Shown here: positions 19,708 to 28,928 of the stretch, piece after piece
How the letters are laid out: the number at the start of each line of letters is the position of its first letter
How positions within the stretch are numbered: position 1 is the first letter of the stretch
Assembly: GCA_037445145.1 (NCBI GenBank)
Contig: JBBILB010000003.1
Span: 976 to 64,975, forward strand
DNA: 64,000 nt
Origin: Candidatus Woesearchaeota archaeon
GTDB taxonomy: Archaea > Nanobdellota > Nanobdellia > Woesearchaeales > ARS49
Reading direction: 5' to 3'
Translations under genes and position numbers: made by a program
The notes under the pieces: model-generated
The model's input: only the letters and a program-made list of their open reading frames with translations
Told to the model about the DNA's origin: nothing
The model's database searches: none

Positions 19708-20421
19708 TCAGCTCATCGACGTGAGGTTCTCAATCGTCTCTTCCACCTGCGGCGAAAGGCCGAAATTCACCCATAGATAATGCCCAAGCAGGAACACGAG
19801 AACCAGGACTATTGCTATTGCAACAACCTTCCTTATGATGCCCTGTATCCTCTGCCTGCGCTGCATTATCTCATCTTCCCTTGTCTTGACTCGGAACAGC
19901 CTCATAGGATACTTAAGACCCCTAAGCTGCTGCCAGCCAAGACTGATGAAAGGAACCTCATTCTTGTTCATTGCAGAAAAGACAGCATCACTGAAAACAA
20001 CCTGTCCGGGCTTTGCCATCTCCTCAATCCTTGATGTCGCGTTTACAGCATCCCCGAAAACATCATTGTCCCTCTTGAGGACTTCTCCTGTGTGTATTGC
20101 GACGCGAATCCTGAGCGGGTGGCGAAGCCTGTTCGTGATGTTGTAGCGCCTGAAAGTGTGCTGCAAGGCAATCCCGCACAGGACAGCATCAGTGGGCGAC
20201 TTGAAAGTTATCAAGAGAGCATCCCCTATCTTCTTCACAAGGGTCCCGCCATACCTGTCAATAACAGGCATGGGAAGCGTTTCAAAAGCGTTAAGAAGCT
20301 GGTCTATGAGGTCGCGGGTCATTCCTGCAGTTGTCTTTGTGTAGCCGACAAGGTCAACAAACATCACTGTTGCGGTCTCAGAAGAAATCCTTCTCCTTGA
20401 TGGCTGCTGTAAATGCTGCAT
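19708..20421 (-). CDS. Class III nucleotidyl (adenylyl/guanylyl-type) cyclase with C-terminal TM anchor
   Basis: VMFVDLVGYT (metal Asp), KKIGDALLITF (second Asp), GDAVNATSRIE (Asn/Arg), and the C-terminal helix VVAIAIVLVLVFLLGHYLWV. Start moved to the ATG at 20421, preceded by caggagg 8 nt upstream. The track start at 20523 is GTG. Confidence 0.8.
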   Translation of the reverse strand: MQHLQQPSRRRISSETATVMFVDLVGYTKTTAGMTRDLIDQLLNAFETLPMPVIDRYGGTLVKKIGDALLITFKSPTDAVLCGIALQHTFRRYNITNRLRHPLRIRVAIHTGEVLKRDNDVFGDAVNATSRIEEMAKPGQVVFSDAVFSAMNKNEVPFISLGWQQLRGLKYPMRLFRVKTREDEIMQRRQRIQGIIRKVVAIAIVLVLVFLLGHYLWVNFGLSPQVEETIENLTSMS

Positions 20422-20519
20422 TGTTGAGTTCCTCCTGACTGCCTTGCTTATAAACCTTGAGCCCTTTTTGGCTTGTATTCCAGGAACACTTAAGGGTATA
20501 TAAACCTTTCGTTCTGTAG

Positions 20520-20544
20520 CCACTAATTAGTGACTACATATTTG
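20520..20544. promoter_or_regulatory. 25-nt upstream element, copy 2 (cyclase promoter)
   Basis: ccactAattagtgactacaTatTtg, matching 12237-12261 at 22 of 25 positions. Same position relative to a minus-strand TATA (aaggtttatatacc). Confidence 0.6.
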
Positions 20545-20666
20545 TGGTGAAACTGCTGTTTAGAAACGCATATAAAGAAGAACACATTCACTGAAAACAA
20601 GATTGTCTTGCATCGGAAACAGTCCGACAATTCAGAAAACTTTCCGGAAATTAGCGTAAGCACTGA

Positions 20667-21848
20667 ATGATAACCGCATTTGTCCTCGGAATCGCGTTCG
20701 GTCTAATCGCAGGGCTCGTGCCGGGATTACACATCAACCTGATTTCATCACTAATCCTCGCAGGAAGCGGGATTGTCCTTGACTATTTTTCCGCAAAAGA
20801 AATAGGGGTTTTTATCGTGGCAATGGGCATAACGCATGCCTTTGTGGAAGTTGTGCCGTCAATATTCCTTGGAGCACCTGACGACACCACAGCCCTCCTG
20901 ATGCTGCCAGGGCACAAAATGCTTCATGAAGGGCTTGGCTATGACGCAGTAAGGTTTGCCACGACTGGAGCTCTTGGCTGCCTGCTTTGCACGCTTGCAC
21001 TTTTTCCTGTGCTACTTCTGGTTTTTCCTGCAGTATTCCACACCATAAAACCTTTAATTGGCTGGCTTCTTCTCATACTTGTAATCGTGCTCATAGCAAG
21101 AGAGAAAAAAGACTGGTGGAAGGCACTAATCGTGTTCTCAATAACAGGCCTGCTTGGTTTTGCCGTGCTGAAAAAGCTAGCCATTGAACAGCCATTGCTC
21201 CCATTGCTTTCAGGGCTTTTTGGCGCAAGCTCTCTTGCATTGTCTTTGTTTGAGCGCACAAAAATACCAGTCCAGATAGGCAGGTTTGCACGGCTGGAAA
21301 AGAAAGAAGGCATCAAGGGAATCATTGGCGGGCTTGCCGGCGGAACACTCGTGACCCTTTTCCCAGGGCTTGGGCCAGGTCATGCAGGAGCGCTGGCCAC
21401 GACGATATTCAGGTCAACAGGCAGAACATACCTCGTACTTGTGGGCGGCCTGCACACAGCAGACTTTCTGGCGTCAATAACAACACTTGTTGCACTTGGC
21501 AAGGCAAGAAACGGCGCAATAGCAGCGCTCGAGCAACTCATGCACGTGACAACAAATGACCTGTGGCTTTTTGGAATTACAGCACTGATTGCGGGAATAA
21601 TTGCAGCTGGGCTTGCCTTGCTTTGCGCAAAAGGATTTTCTGAAATCATTGAGCGAGTAAATTATCCCCTGCTAAGCTTATCAGTGCTTGTTTTCCTTGC
21701 AGTGCTTGTTGTCTTGATTTCAGAATGGAAAGGCATTGTGCTGCTTGCAGTTAGCACACTTATCGGGATGCTGGCACCTTGGCTAAAAGTCAGCAGGGCT
21801 CACGCAATGGGCTGCTTGCTTGTTCCAACACTAACCTATTACTTGTAA
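20667..21848 (+). CDS. Integral membrane protein, DUF112/TctA-like
   Basis: About 10 TM helices. GLVPGLHINL and LGAPDDTTALLMLPGHKML resemble the TctA/DUF112 family. Confidence 0.55.
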   Translation: MITAFVLGIAFGLIAGLVPGLHINLISSLILAGSGIVLDYFSAKEIGVFIVAMGITHAFVEVVPSIFLGAPDDTTALLMLPGHKMLHEGLGYDAVRFATTGALGCLLCTLALFPVLLLVFPAVFHTIKPLIGWLLLILVIVLIAREKKDWWKALIVFSITGLLGFAVLKKLAIEQPLLPLLSGLFGASSLALSLFERTKIPVQIGRFARLEKKEGIKGIIGGLAGGTLVTLFPGLGPGHAGALATTIFRSTGRTYLVLVGGLHTADFLASITTLVALGKARNGAIAALEQLMHVTTNDLWLFGITALIAGIIAAGLALLCAKGFSEIIERVNYPLLSLSVLVFLAVLVVLISEWKGIVLLAVSTLIGMLAPWLKVSRAHAMGCLLVPTLTYYL

Positions 21849-21901
21849 AATATTCCATAAGATTTTTATATGTGGAATATTATTCCAGATTTGTGAGTAA
21901 A

Positions 21902-22342
21902 ATGGATAATAATGACATAAAGCTTTTGCAGCTTGTTCACAGGGATTCCAAGCTTTCAGTGCAGCAATTGGCAAAAGAAACAGGGCTTCCGCCAACAACA
22001 GTGCACAACAGGATAAAGCGCCTGGAAAAAGAGGGAATAATCAGGAAATACACTGCTGAAATTGACTGGAAAAAAGCAGGAAAGCCAGTAACAGCTTACG
22101 TGCTTGTTTCCTTCGAATACATCCTGCCGACAGGCGGAAGAGTGCAGCAGGAGGACACTGCAAAGGAAATAAGACAAATGGAAGGAGTGGAGGAAGTCAG
22201 TGTTTTGACTGGCGATGCTGACATGCTTGTCAAGGTGCGCGCAAAAGACCTTGACGACCTTAATGATTTTGTCGTCAGAAAACTGAGGAACGTACAGGGT
22301 ATTGACAAGACCCAGACAATGATAGCGCTGTCGTCATTCTAG
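21902..22342 (+). CDS. Lrp/AsnC family transcriptional regulator
   Basis: Start moved to MDNNDIKLLQLV...SVQQLAKETGLPPTTVHNRIKRLEKEGIIRKY (HTH), followed by a RAM/ACT-like C-terminal domain. TATA tttttatat lies about 35 nt upstream. Confidence 0.85.
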   Translation: MDNNDIKLLQLVHRDSKLSVQQLAKETGLPPTTVHNRIKRLEKEGIIRKYTAEIDWKKAGKPVTAYVLVSFEYILPTGGRVQQEDTAKEIRQMEGVEEVSVLTGDADMLVKVRAKDLDDLNDFVVRKLRNVQGIDKTQTMIALSSF

Positions 22343-22379
22343 CAAACCTTTTTAAAAGAGACCCGAATTCCCTGCACTC

Positions 22380-22643
22380 ATGGAAGGACGAATCAGCGCA
22401 TTCAGGGGAACTTTCAGGCGAAAAAGCGGCAACCAAATGATAATAGTTGTAGACGGCATTGATAACAAGGAAAAGGCAAAAGCGCTTGTCGGCAAGACCG
22501 TTGTCTGGACAGCTCCTGGCAAGAACAAAAAGCAGCTGAAAGGCAGGATTTCTGCAGTCCACGGCGGCAAAGGAGCAGTCAGGGCAATATTTGAGACAGG
22601 CATGCCAGGACAAAGCCTTGGCGCGCCTGTCAAGATTGAATAA
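22380..22643 (+). CDS. rpl35ae: Ribosomal protein eL33 (L35Ae)
   Basis: ...LKGRISAVHGGKGAVRAIFETGMPGQSLGAPVKIE, a close match to the archaeal L35Ae pattern. Confidence 0.9.
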   Translation: MEGRISAFRGTFRRKSGNQMIIVVDGIDNKEKAKALVGKTVVWTAPGKNKKQLKGRISAVHGGKGAVRAIFETGMPGQSLGAPVKIE

Positions 22644-22653
22644 ATTTTTCCTT

Positions 22654-22664
22654 AAAAAAAAAAA
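22654..22664 (-). terminator. Oligo-T (T11) terminator directly after a stop codon
   Basis: An A11 run on the plus strand abuts the stop of the minus-strand gene at 22665. Archaeal RNAP is known to terminate at oligo-T. Confidence 0.5.
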
Positions 22665-23087
22665 TCACTGCATCCAGCTGGGAAGCATTGGAGCTATAAA
22701 CGGCCAGACATAAGGGGCTGCGATGACAAGAGCCGCAACAATTGCACTGTGGAACCAGGTTTCTTTCATGCCCACAGAGATGCCACCCATCCCTGTTGTC
22801 CTGATTGCCGCAGAAACGCCATGAATCTTTATCATCGTGATTATTCCAACAATAACCTGCAGAGTAATTGCTGACATGAAAGGAATTGCCTGAAGGAACG
22901 TGAAATTCTGAAGCACCCACGGCGCATTCATTGTTACAAAACACGCAATGACAGCATAAACAAGAGCGTGGATGCTGTGCCCAAAACGGTGCATTGGAAC
23001 AGTAACATCCCTGTGAATGAGAATAATCTCGTAAATGCCAATGACAAGCCCCAACAAGATCGGCGGCATAACAACAAATTCTGCCAT
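22665..23087 (-). CDS. Membrane protein (4-5 TM), unknown function
   Basis: Start moved to MAEFVVMPPILLGLV. Several conserved-looking His residues sit in the helices. No family recognised. Confidence 0.55.
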   Translation of the reverse strand: MAEFVVMPPILLGLVIGIYEIILIHRDVTVPMHRFGHSIHALVYAVIACFVTMNAPWVLQNFTFLQAIPFMSAITLQVIVGIITMIKIHGVSAAIRTTGMGGISVGMKETWFHSAIVAALVIAAPYVWPFIAPMLPSWMQ

Positions 23088-23200
23088 AATACAAAAGGGC
23101 GAATGGCTAGTATTTAAACGTTTTCTTTGCTTATCGCAACAGGGCGCCAAAATATTTATATACACAGTTGCAGAAGGCAGAGCAAAAGAGCTGGTAGGCT

Positions 23201-25342
23201 ATGGCAATAACTCAAATCACAAACATTCCTGTTCTGGGCGCTCTTCCAAATATCCCAAAACTCTATTCCGGCAACCCAAGCCTCAGCTTCATCATTGACA
23301 TGGTTCTGCTTTCTGTCGCTTTCGGCTCACTTCTTGCACCACTCGGTTACAGGATTGTGAAGGAAAAGAAGCTCGGCTACAGGTTTGGCGCAGTGCTCGG
23401 ACTCATCTTCGGCATTACCGCTGCATTCGCACTGCACAACGCAGGGCGCACACTGTTCACATTCTGGCTGACAAGCGTTGCTGTCGTGGCAGTAATCGGC
23501 GTTGTCCTTTACAAAATAATGAGGGCTATTGGATTAAACAAGCTCTGGGCAAACATTGTTTTCATAGCAGTCACATTTACCCTAATATTATTTTGGTTTG
23601 CTCAGTCCGGATTGTGGAGCGAAAATGTGGCACTTGGCGCCAGCGTTCTTCTCTTATTCCCTATTCTGTTGATAATGCTATTAATGGTCGTATTCCAAAT
23701 AGAAGGAGGAAAAATTAAAGGTTTGGTTAAAAAGATATTCAAAGGCGAACCAACACCACCCCCAGGACCAACCCCGCCAGAAGCTCCGCCCTCAAAAAGG
23801 GGACTGCCTGGCAAAATATTAGGACCTGTAGGTGGCCTATTTAAAAAAATATTCGGACCGCCACCAGTGCAAGGCGCAGGCAGGCAGGTGCAGGAAACGC
23901 TCAGGCGCGGCGAAAACATAGCAGCCCAAGGCCAGGCAGAAGCAGGCGACATTGCAAGAGGCGGCCAGCAGGCACTGGAAAATCTTGAAATTGTTCAGGA
24001 CGAGTCAGGGCGGGCAATCGCGTCAGCAGAGCAGGGCAACATTGAACAATTATGCAGCCAGATTGAGACACTTGTTTCATCCATCCAGGCAATGCTGAAG
24101 ACAATGCAAAGGCAACAGCGCCAAATGGCAGGCGTCCTCAGCCTCAGGCGTGCCATTGAGGACGTGATTTCGCAATACAACAGGTATGTCAGTAACCTGC
24201 AGGTGGTCAGCGCACAAACAATTGAACAGCTTGAACAAAGAATAAATGCATTGCCGGAACCTGAACGGGAACAGCTGGCTTACTCGCTTGAGCGGCTTAG
24301 GGGTGAGGTTGCTGCAGTTGAGACATTGAGGGAGATAGAAAAGCGCCTTAATGAGCAGCTCCGCGCCCTTGATGATGCCAGGCTGACACACCGGTATAAC
24401 GAAGTTGTTGAAATCACAACACAATTGCGCGAATATACCAAAGACTTGGCAAGAAAACAATGCAGGCAAATGCGACCAGAGGCTGCCAAAGAAATGCTGG
24501 ACGAAATCAAAGGTATGCTTGGGAATATAATAGCAGATCTTGAATGCACAAGGCGCAATTACGAGCAGTTCCTTGACTTGGTAAGGACCCTGCAAATCAG
24601 AGTAGGAACAATAAGGGGCGAGATAAGGCACTGGGCAGATACATTCGACACACTCTATGAAAGGCTATCGCAGGGATTTGCGCAGGTCATGCAGGACCTG
24701 AGAAGTCGGATTGAAGAACTTGAAGCAAGACAACAGCCGCCGCCAGGAGCACCACCTGCAGCACAGCCGCCAAGACCAGCGCCGTCGCAAACATTGCAGT
24801 ATTTCGAAATACTGAGAAACGTCCATGCAAAAAAAGCAGGGCTCCAGGCAAGCTCAAAACAGCTAAGGAACCTTATCAAAAAACTAAATTTCGTAAGGGG
24901 GGATGAGAAAACATTTGAAAATGCAAACGCAGTAACAAATATGGCCCAAGCTGCTTACGATGCTGCGCGGCAAAGCGCAATACGGGAAGGAAAATACAAT
25001 CCGGCAGTTGAAACACAAGGAGTGCTGTGCTTTGAAAAAATGCGCGAATCAATGGAACAAGCCAGGGTCCTTTCGTCGCAAGCACCGCCTGAACAAGCAG
25101 CGCGACTAAGGGGACTATTGCAGCAGCTTGATGCATTAATGCGTTCCTCAGGTCCTGCAATGCAGTATCTTTCCAACTTCAAGGAGCTTTGCAAAAGCGT
25201 GGCAAGCGAGGTGTACGAAGCAAACCCTACCATCACAAAGGAGAAGCTAAACAGGGAAGTCAAAAAAAGGCTCAATAACATTGCAGACAGCTTTGACGAA
25301 TTAGTGAACTTGACTGCAGGATTCCAAAGAAGGCATATATAA
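23201..25342 (+). CDS. Large membrane-anchored coiled-coil protein (713 aa), uncharacterised
   Basis: About 5 N-terminal TM helices. Duplicated amphipathic box GLVKKIFKGEPTPPPGP / GGLFKKIFGPPP. About 480 aa of heptad-rich helix interrupted by a PPPGAPPAAQPPRPAP linker. Confidence 0.7.
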   Translation: MAITQITNIPVLGALPNIPKLYSGNPSLSFIIDMVLLSVAFGSLLAPLGYRIVKEKKLGYRFGAVLGLIFGITAAFALHNAGRTLFTFWLTSVAVVAVIGVVLYKIMRAIGLNKLWANIVFIAVTFTLILFWFAQSGLWSENVALGASVLLLFPILLIMLLMVVFQIEGGKIKGLVKKIFKGEPTPPPGPTPPEAPPSKRGLPGKILGPVGGLFKKIFGPPPVQGAGRQVQETLRRGENIAAQGQAEAGDIARGGQQALENLEIVQDESGRAIASAEQGNIEQLCSQIETLVSSIQAMLKTMQRQQRQMAGVLSLRRAIEDVISQYNRYVSNLQVVSAQTIEQLEQRINALPEPEREQLAYSLERLRGEVAAVETLREIEKRLNEQLRALDDARLTHRYNEVVEITTQLREYTKDLARKQCRQMRPEAAKEMLDEIKGMLGNIIADLECTRRNYEQFLDLVRTLQIRVGTIRGEIRHWADTFDTLYERLSQGFAQVMQDLRSRIEELEARQQPPPGAPPAAQPPRPAPSQTLQYFEILRNVHAKKAGLQASSKQLRNLIKKLNFVRGDEKTFENANAVTNMAQAAYDAARQSAIREGKYNPAVETQGVLCFEKMRESMEQARVLSSQAPPEQAARLRGLLQQLDALMRSSGPAMQYLSNFKELCKSVASEVYEANPTITKEKLNREVKKRLNNIADSFDELVNLTAGFQRRHI

Positions 25343-25354
25343 GAATTCTTTTCT

Positions 25355-26332
25355 TCATTCAATTGACTCTCGCGGACGACGCCTAGCAGGAGGGGCTGCC
25401 GCGGGCTGAACACGCTGAGCAGCAGGAGCAACCTGAGCAGCGTCTGCAGGAGCAGCAGCACATGCATCAGAAGCAGGCTGTGCAGCAGGAGGAGCAGCAG
25501 CACATGCATCAGAAGCAGGCTGTGCAGCAGGTCTTTGCCTGGGAGGACGGGCAACAGAAGCAGCCTGGGCATCCGGAGAATGCTGCATGGCAGCATTAGC
25601 AAGAGCATCCTGTGCAGTTTCTGCAGGAGTGACAGGAGCAGGAGCAACAGGCATGTTCCTTATGAACTCCCTGCACTGCTTCATCATTTCCCTTATTTCC
25701 TTTGTTTTTGTGCAATACCCAAATTCCTCAAGAGCCTCGCTGAACTGTCCATTGTTGAAATACAGCCCGCCAATGCATGCATGAATTGCCTTCTTCCTTT
25801 TCTCGCTTGGCTCAACAGCAAGGGCTTTTTTGTAAAGCACAAGCGCCTTATCCATATTCTTATAATACCACTCAAAAGCAGAATTGCACAGTCCTACAGA
25901 ACGTTCTGATGAGCGCAGAATGCCGTAATTTTCTCTCCTCAACTGCCTGTTTTCCTTGTTCAGCCTGCTTATCTCCTGCCTGAGCCCTTTGACGTGCAGT
26001 GAAGTAAGGTTTTGGCTGAGCCTTTCCAGAACGCAGTATTTCTCCGGCTGTTTCTTCTTGAAGTCTGTCCTGCCAACATGGGCGGCATAAACATCAATCA
26101 TCCTTGCTGCATAAGCGCGCACGCTGCCGGAAAGCTCATAAGCAACGTCGCCAAGAGTGCTGACAAGATAATCGATGCGGTTGCTGGTTGTCCTTGGCTC
26201 AATTTTGCCAACAATCGCTTCTTTTATCAAGTCAAGTGCGTACTGCCTTGACTCGCTCATTTTTTCATAAGCTTCCTTGAAATCAAGGGAATTCCAAATC
26301 TCGGCAATTTTCCGCTCAAGCCTTGATGTCAT
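25355..26332 (-). CDS. TPR-like protein with Ala/Pro-rich repeat tail, uncharacterised
   Basis: Helical N-terminal half and TPR-like ALVLYKKALAVEPSEKRKKAIHACIGGLYFNNGQFSEALEEF. The C-terminus contains a 14-aa tandem AAQPASDACAAAPP. Confidence 0.65.
   Translation of the reverse strand: MTSRLERKIAEIWNSLDFKEAYEKMSESRQYALDLIKEAIVGKIEPRTTSNRIDYLVSTLGDVAYELSGSVRAYAARMIDVYAAHVGRTDFKKKQPEKYCVLERLSQNLTSLHVKGLRQEISRLNKENRQLRRENYGILRSSERSVGLCNSAFEWYYKNMDKALVLYKKALAVEPSEKRKKAIHACIGGLYFNNGQFSEALEEFGYCTKTKEIREMMKQCREFIRNMPVAPAPVTPAETAQDALANAAMQHSPDAQAASVARPPRQRPAAQPASDACAAAPPAAQPASDACAAAPADAAQVAPAAQRVQPAAAPPARRRPRESIE
25451..25531. repeat. 42-bp-period tandem duplication inside the CDS
   Basis: The 39-nt unit agcagcagcacatgcatcagaagcaggctgtgcagcagg occurs at 25451-25489 and 25493-25531. 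Confidence 0.85.
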
Positions 26333-27848
26333 TGCTGTTGACCCCTTGGCTGTTTTTCCTTACGTCGGCAAGGAATTTTTGGGCGTTTATATGGTTTGGG
26401 TCTATCCGCAGCACTTGCTCAAGGTCAGAAGCTGCCATATTGAGCAGTCTAAGCTCCTCAAGCGCGGTTGCGCGGTTGTAATAAAGGGCAGCCAGTTTAG
26501 GGTCGTCCTCTGCCGCAGTGATTATTGCAAGCGTGTACACCAATGCCGCACCCTCATAGTCCCCCCTCTCGTCAAGCCCGAACGCAAGCTTCCTTGCATC
26601 AGTGCTTACCCTGGCAAGCCTTTGCTCAAGCTGGATAATCCTTTCATCCTTTTCTTCCTGCTCCCTTTTGAATCGCGCAGTGGTTTCTTTGTATTCTTCC
26701 GCATAGGCTTTCTTGAGGGCATCATGCTCTTTTACAAGTTCATCGTAATCTTTTTTCAGTTTGTTGTAATCCCTGAGCGCTGCCTGCAAACCTGCATTCT
26801 CCTTCTGCAATGCTTCGTTTTCCTTAACCTGTTTGCCCGATATTTCTTCCAGTTTCTTATATTTGCCACCAAGCTCATCCAGCCTTTGTGTCTGTGATTT
26901 GATTGTGTCGTCTCGGTCAGCAACTGTTTTTTCAAGCTCTGCAATCCGGGCTTTCAATGCAACGTAATCATTGAGTGCTGTTTCTGCGTCTGCAACCTTC
27001 CTGGTTAGCTCATCATAATCAGCCCTGACTGACTTCAGTTCTTCAAGCTGTTTCTGCAGGCTTTCATTGTCCTTGAGCAGCTGATTACGTTGCGCCTCTA
27101 ACGTGGCACACGTTTCTAGGAGTTCATTTAATCTCTTATCCCGTTCAGAAACAGTTTGTGTGCTCTCAGCCAGCCTTGCTTCAAGCTCTTTTTTCTGCTT
27201 TGCATCAGCAGCCAATTGGCCGCGCTCCTCATTCCTGCGGCCAAGCTCTTCCTTGATTTTGGTGATGGCAAGAGGGTAAAGCTCCATAACCCTTTCAGGA
27301 CCAGCAGGGCTGTCTGCAACGCCATTCTTCTGGAGGAGATTCTCCTTTTGCTCATTGTACCAGCCCCTGAGCCCAAGGCAGTCCACAATCTCCTCTATTG
27401 ATGCAAGGCAGCGGTTGAATGCGCGCTCTGTTTCCTGTTCCCTGCGCCCAAGTGCTTCCTTTGCGGTTTCGATGAGGAAATCATAAACTTTCATTTCCAC
27501 AGGATGAGGTGCAGGACGGTCAGGAGCAATTCCATGGCTTGCGTAAATTTCCCTTTTCTTTCCCTGGCACCAATCAAACAGCCTTGCATGCATTATGATT
27601 TCGTCCACAAATGTTGCAAAGCGCATAACGATGTCTTCCTTTTCTTTCACCTGATTCGCGTAGAAGTCAATGATGTGCGCGAGCTGCTGGGGCCTGTCAA
27701 ACCCTGCCTTGCGGATTTTTTGCGCAAGCTCAGGATTTTGTCTTTCCAAAATGGGCAAAACGCGCATCATGTCAGCAGCCATGTCAGTCAACTGCACGGC
27801 TGCTTCTGCGTCTGACTGCCTTGGCAGCTTGCCTGCCGTGGCGCTCAT
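26316..27848 (-). CDS. Coiled-coil protein with C-terminal TPR, uncharacterised (510 aa)
   Basis: Internal duplication (HGIAPDRPAPHPVEMKVYDFLIETAKEALGRREQE / NGVADSPAGPERVMELYPLAITKIKEELGRRNEE). About 230-aa continuous coiled coil. C-terminal YYNRATALEELRLLNMAASDLEQVLRIDPNHINAQ (TPR). Confidence 0.7.
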   Translation of the reverse strand: MSATAGKLPRQSDAEAAVQLTDMAADMMRVLPILERQNPELAQKIRKAGFDRPQQLAHIIDFYANQVKEKEDIVMRFATFVDEIIMHARLFDWCQGKKREIYASHGIAPDRPAPHPVEMKVYDFLIETAKEALGRREQETERAFNRCLASIEEIVDCLGLRGWYNEQKENLLQKNGVADSPAGPERVMELYPLAITKIKEELGRRNEERGQLAADAKQKKELEARLAESTQTVSERDKRLNELLETCATLEAQRNQLLKDNESLQKQLEELKSVRADYDELTRKVADAETALNDYVALKARIAELEKTVADRDDTIKSQTQRLDELGGKYKKLEEISGKQVKENEALQKENAGLQAALRDYNKLKKDYDELVKEHDALKKAYAEEYKETTARFKREQEEKDERIIQLEQRLARVSTDARKLAFGLDERGDYEGAALVYTLAIITAAEDDPKLAALYYNRATALEELRLLNMAASDLEQVLRIDPNHINAQKFLADVRKNSQGVNSNDIKA

Positions 27849-27869
27849 TTCCCTGAGGTTAATCTCGGA

Positions 27870-28826
27870 CTAGGGATAGAACATGAGCTTGTTATTATGC
27901 AAAAAGTACATTACGCGCATGCCTGCATCATTGCCAAACGAATAAAAAGACATGCTTAAAGGACGCTCGAGGAACAGCAAATTGCCTGGATAATGCTCGG
28001 CAGGATTGGCTTTCTTGTCAAACAGGTCGGGTTTGCCCACAATGACAATCTTTTGTTTGCTCTCCTTCAATTGCTTGAGCAGTTCTATGGGCATGCCGTA
28101 AGTGATTGTGATTTTGCCCTGAAACGGCTCAAATCCTGCCAGCGAAAACCGGGTATCGCCACGCATTGCCGCGTCAACAACATATTCAGGAACTGCAAAA
28201 TCAATTCCTGTCATTCCCACTGTTTTTATCAATTGCTGCTGCGGCGCGCCAAGAAGCAGGCTCTTCCAGTGCAGCCATCTTTTCTCAGGAATCACCTGCT
28301 CCAAAAAGAAGGTGTCTGCCGCAAAATAAACAGGAATTTTGCTTTCTTTTGCAATTTCCTCCATCTGGCGGTACTGCTCAACAATGCGGTCTTTTACCTC
28401 ACCGAAACTAACCCACGCGCAACCCTTCTTCAGCCCGATAAGCCGCTCTATAGTGGGAATAAGCGTGGTCTGTTCATACCTGCGCGGAAACTTTGCATGG
28501 TGCTTTAAATAATGCGCCAAGCTAGGAACATCAGTAATGTTCAATAGGCTGTAGACGACGTCCTTGCCGTGTTCCAATTCTTCCTGAAGCCAGTCACGCG
28601 CATTCCCAACAGCCCTTGCCTCCTCCGGACGGAACAACGGGTCAACAAGCCTTCCAATGACGAAAATTGCTTCAAGCCCCTCGACTTTCTGCTTTTTGGA
28701 CTTTTTTGTGCGCTCAACCTCCCTGTGCGGAAGCTCAAGGATTGCTTTTCTCAGAAAGTCTATATTGCCTGCTGGGTCTGTAATGACTGCAAAGCTCAGC
28801 CTTTCGTCAATACTGGTGTCCGCCAT
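27870..28826 (-). CDS. Hypothetical protein (318 aa), possibly a degenerate metallophosphoesterase-like fold
   Basis: First gene of the minus-strand operon. FAVITDPAGN and AIFVIGRLVDP resemble MPP motifs I and II but lack the His/Asp ligands. Weak assignment. Confidence 0.6.
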   Translation of the reverse strand: MADTSIDERLSFAVITDPAGNIDFLRKAILELPHREVERTKKSKKQKVEGLEAIFVIGRLVDPLFRPEEARAVGNARDWLQEELEHGKDVVYSLLNITDVPSLAHYLKHHAKFPRRYEQTTLIPTIERLIGLKKGCAWVSFGEVKDRIVEQYRQMEEIAKESKIPVYFAADTFFLEQVIPEKRWLHWKSLLLGAPQQQLIKTVGMTGIDFAVPEYVVDAAMRGDTRFSLAGFEPFQGKITITYGMPIELLKQLKESKQKIVIVGKPDLFDKKANPAEHYPGNLLFLERPLSMSFYSFGNDAGMRVMYFLHNNKLMFYP

Positions 28827-28928
28827 TATCCCCTTTCACCTGTTAATTTCATCACTGTAAAAGAGTGCTGGTTTTAAAGGTGCGGAAAAAGAAAGGTATT
28901 TAAACTTGGCAAGACAGCATTTTCAGGC

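Noticed and set aside
21779-21901. N-terminal extensions of track ORFs: 21779 (Lrp), 43032 (PIN), 42357 (Rpo7), 56859 (eL43), 57229 (PfdB), 46471 (Pcm), 23165, 34813, 36875, 36646, 52508, 61614, 12240, 20523, 35169, 45348.
   Set aside because: The longest-ORF starts add non-conserved, often Cys/Trp-rich or GTG/TTG-initiated leaders. They overlap upstream genes or promoters. Internal ATGs with TATA or SD spacing and family-typical N-termini were preferred.
23602-27873. Long antisense or alternate-frame ORFs within the coiled-coil/TPR genes (for example 24077-24631, 24955-25647, 26277-26897, 27504-27815). The same occurs in 40125-40934 and 41357-41977.
   Set aside because: These are low-complexity mirror ORFs typical of repetitive K/E/A/Q codon runs. 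The sense-strand products are longer and coherent.
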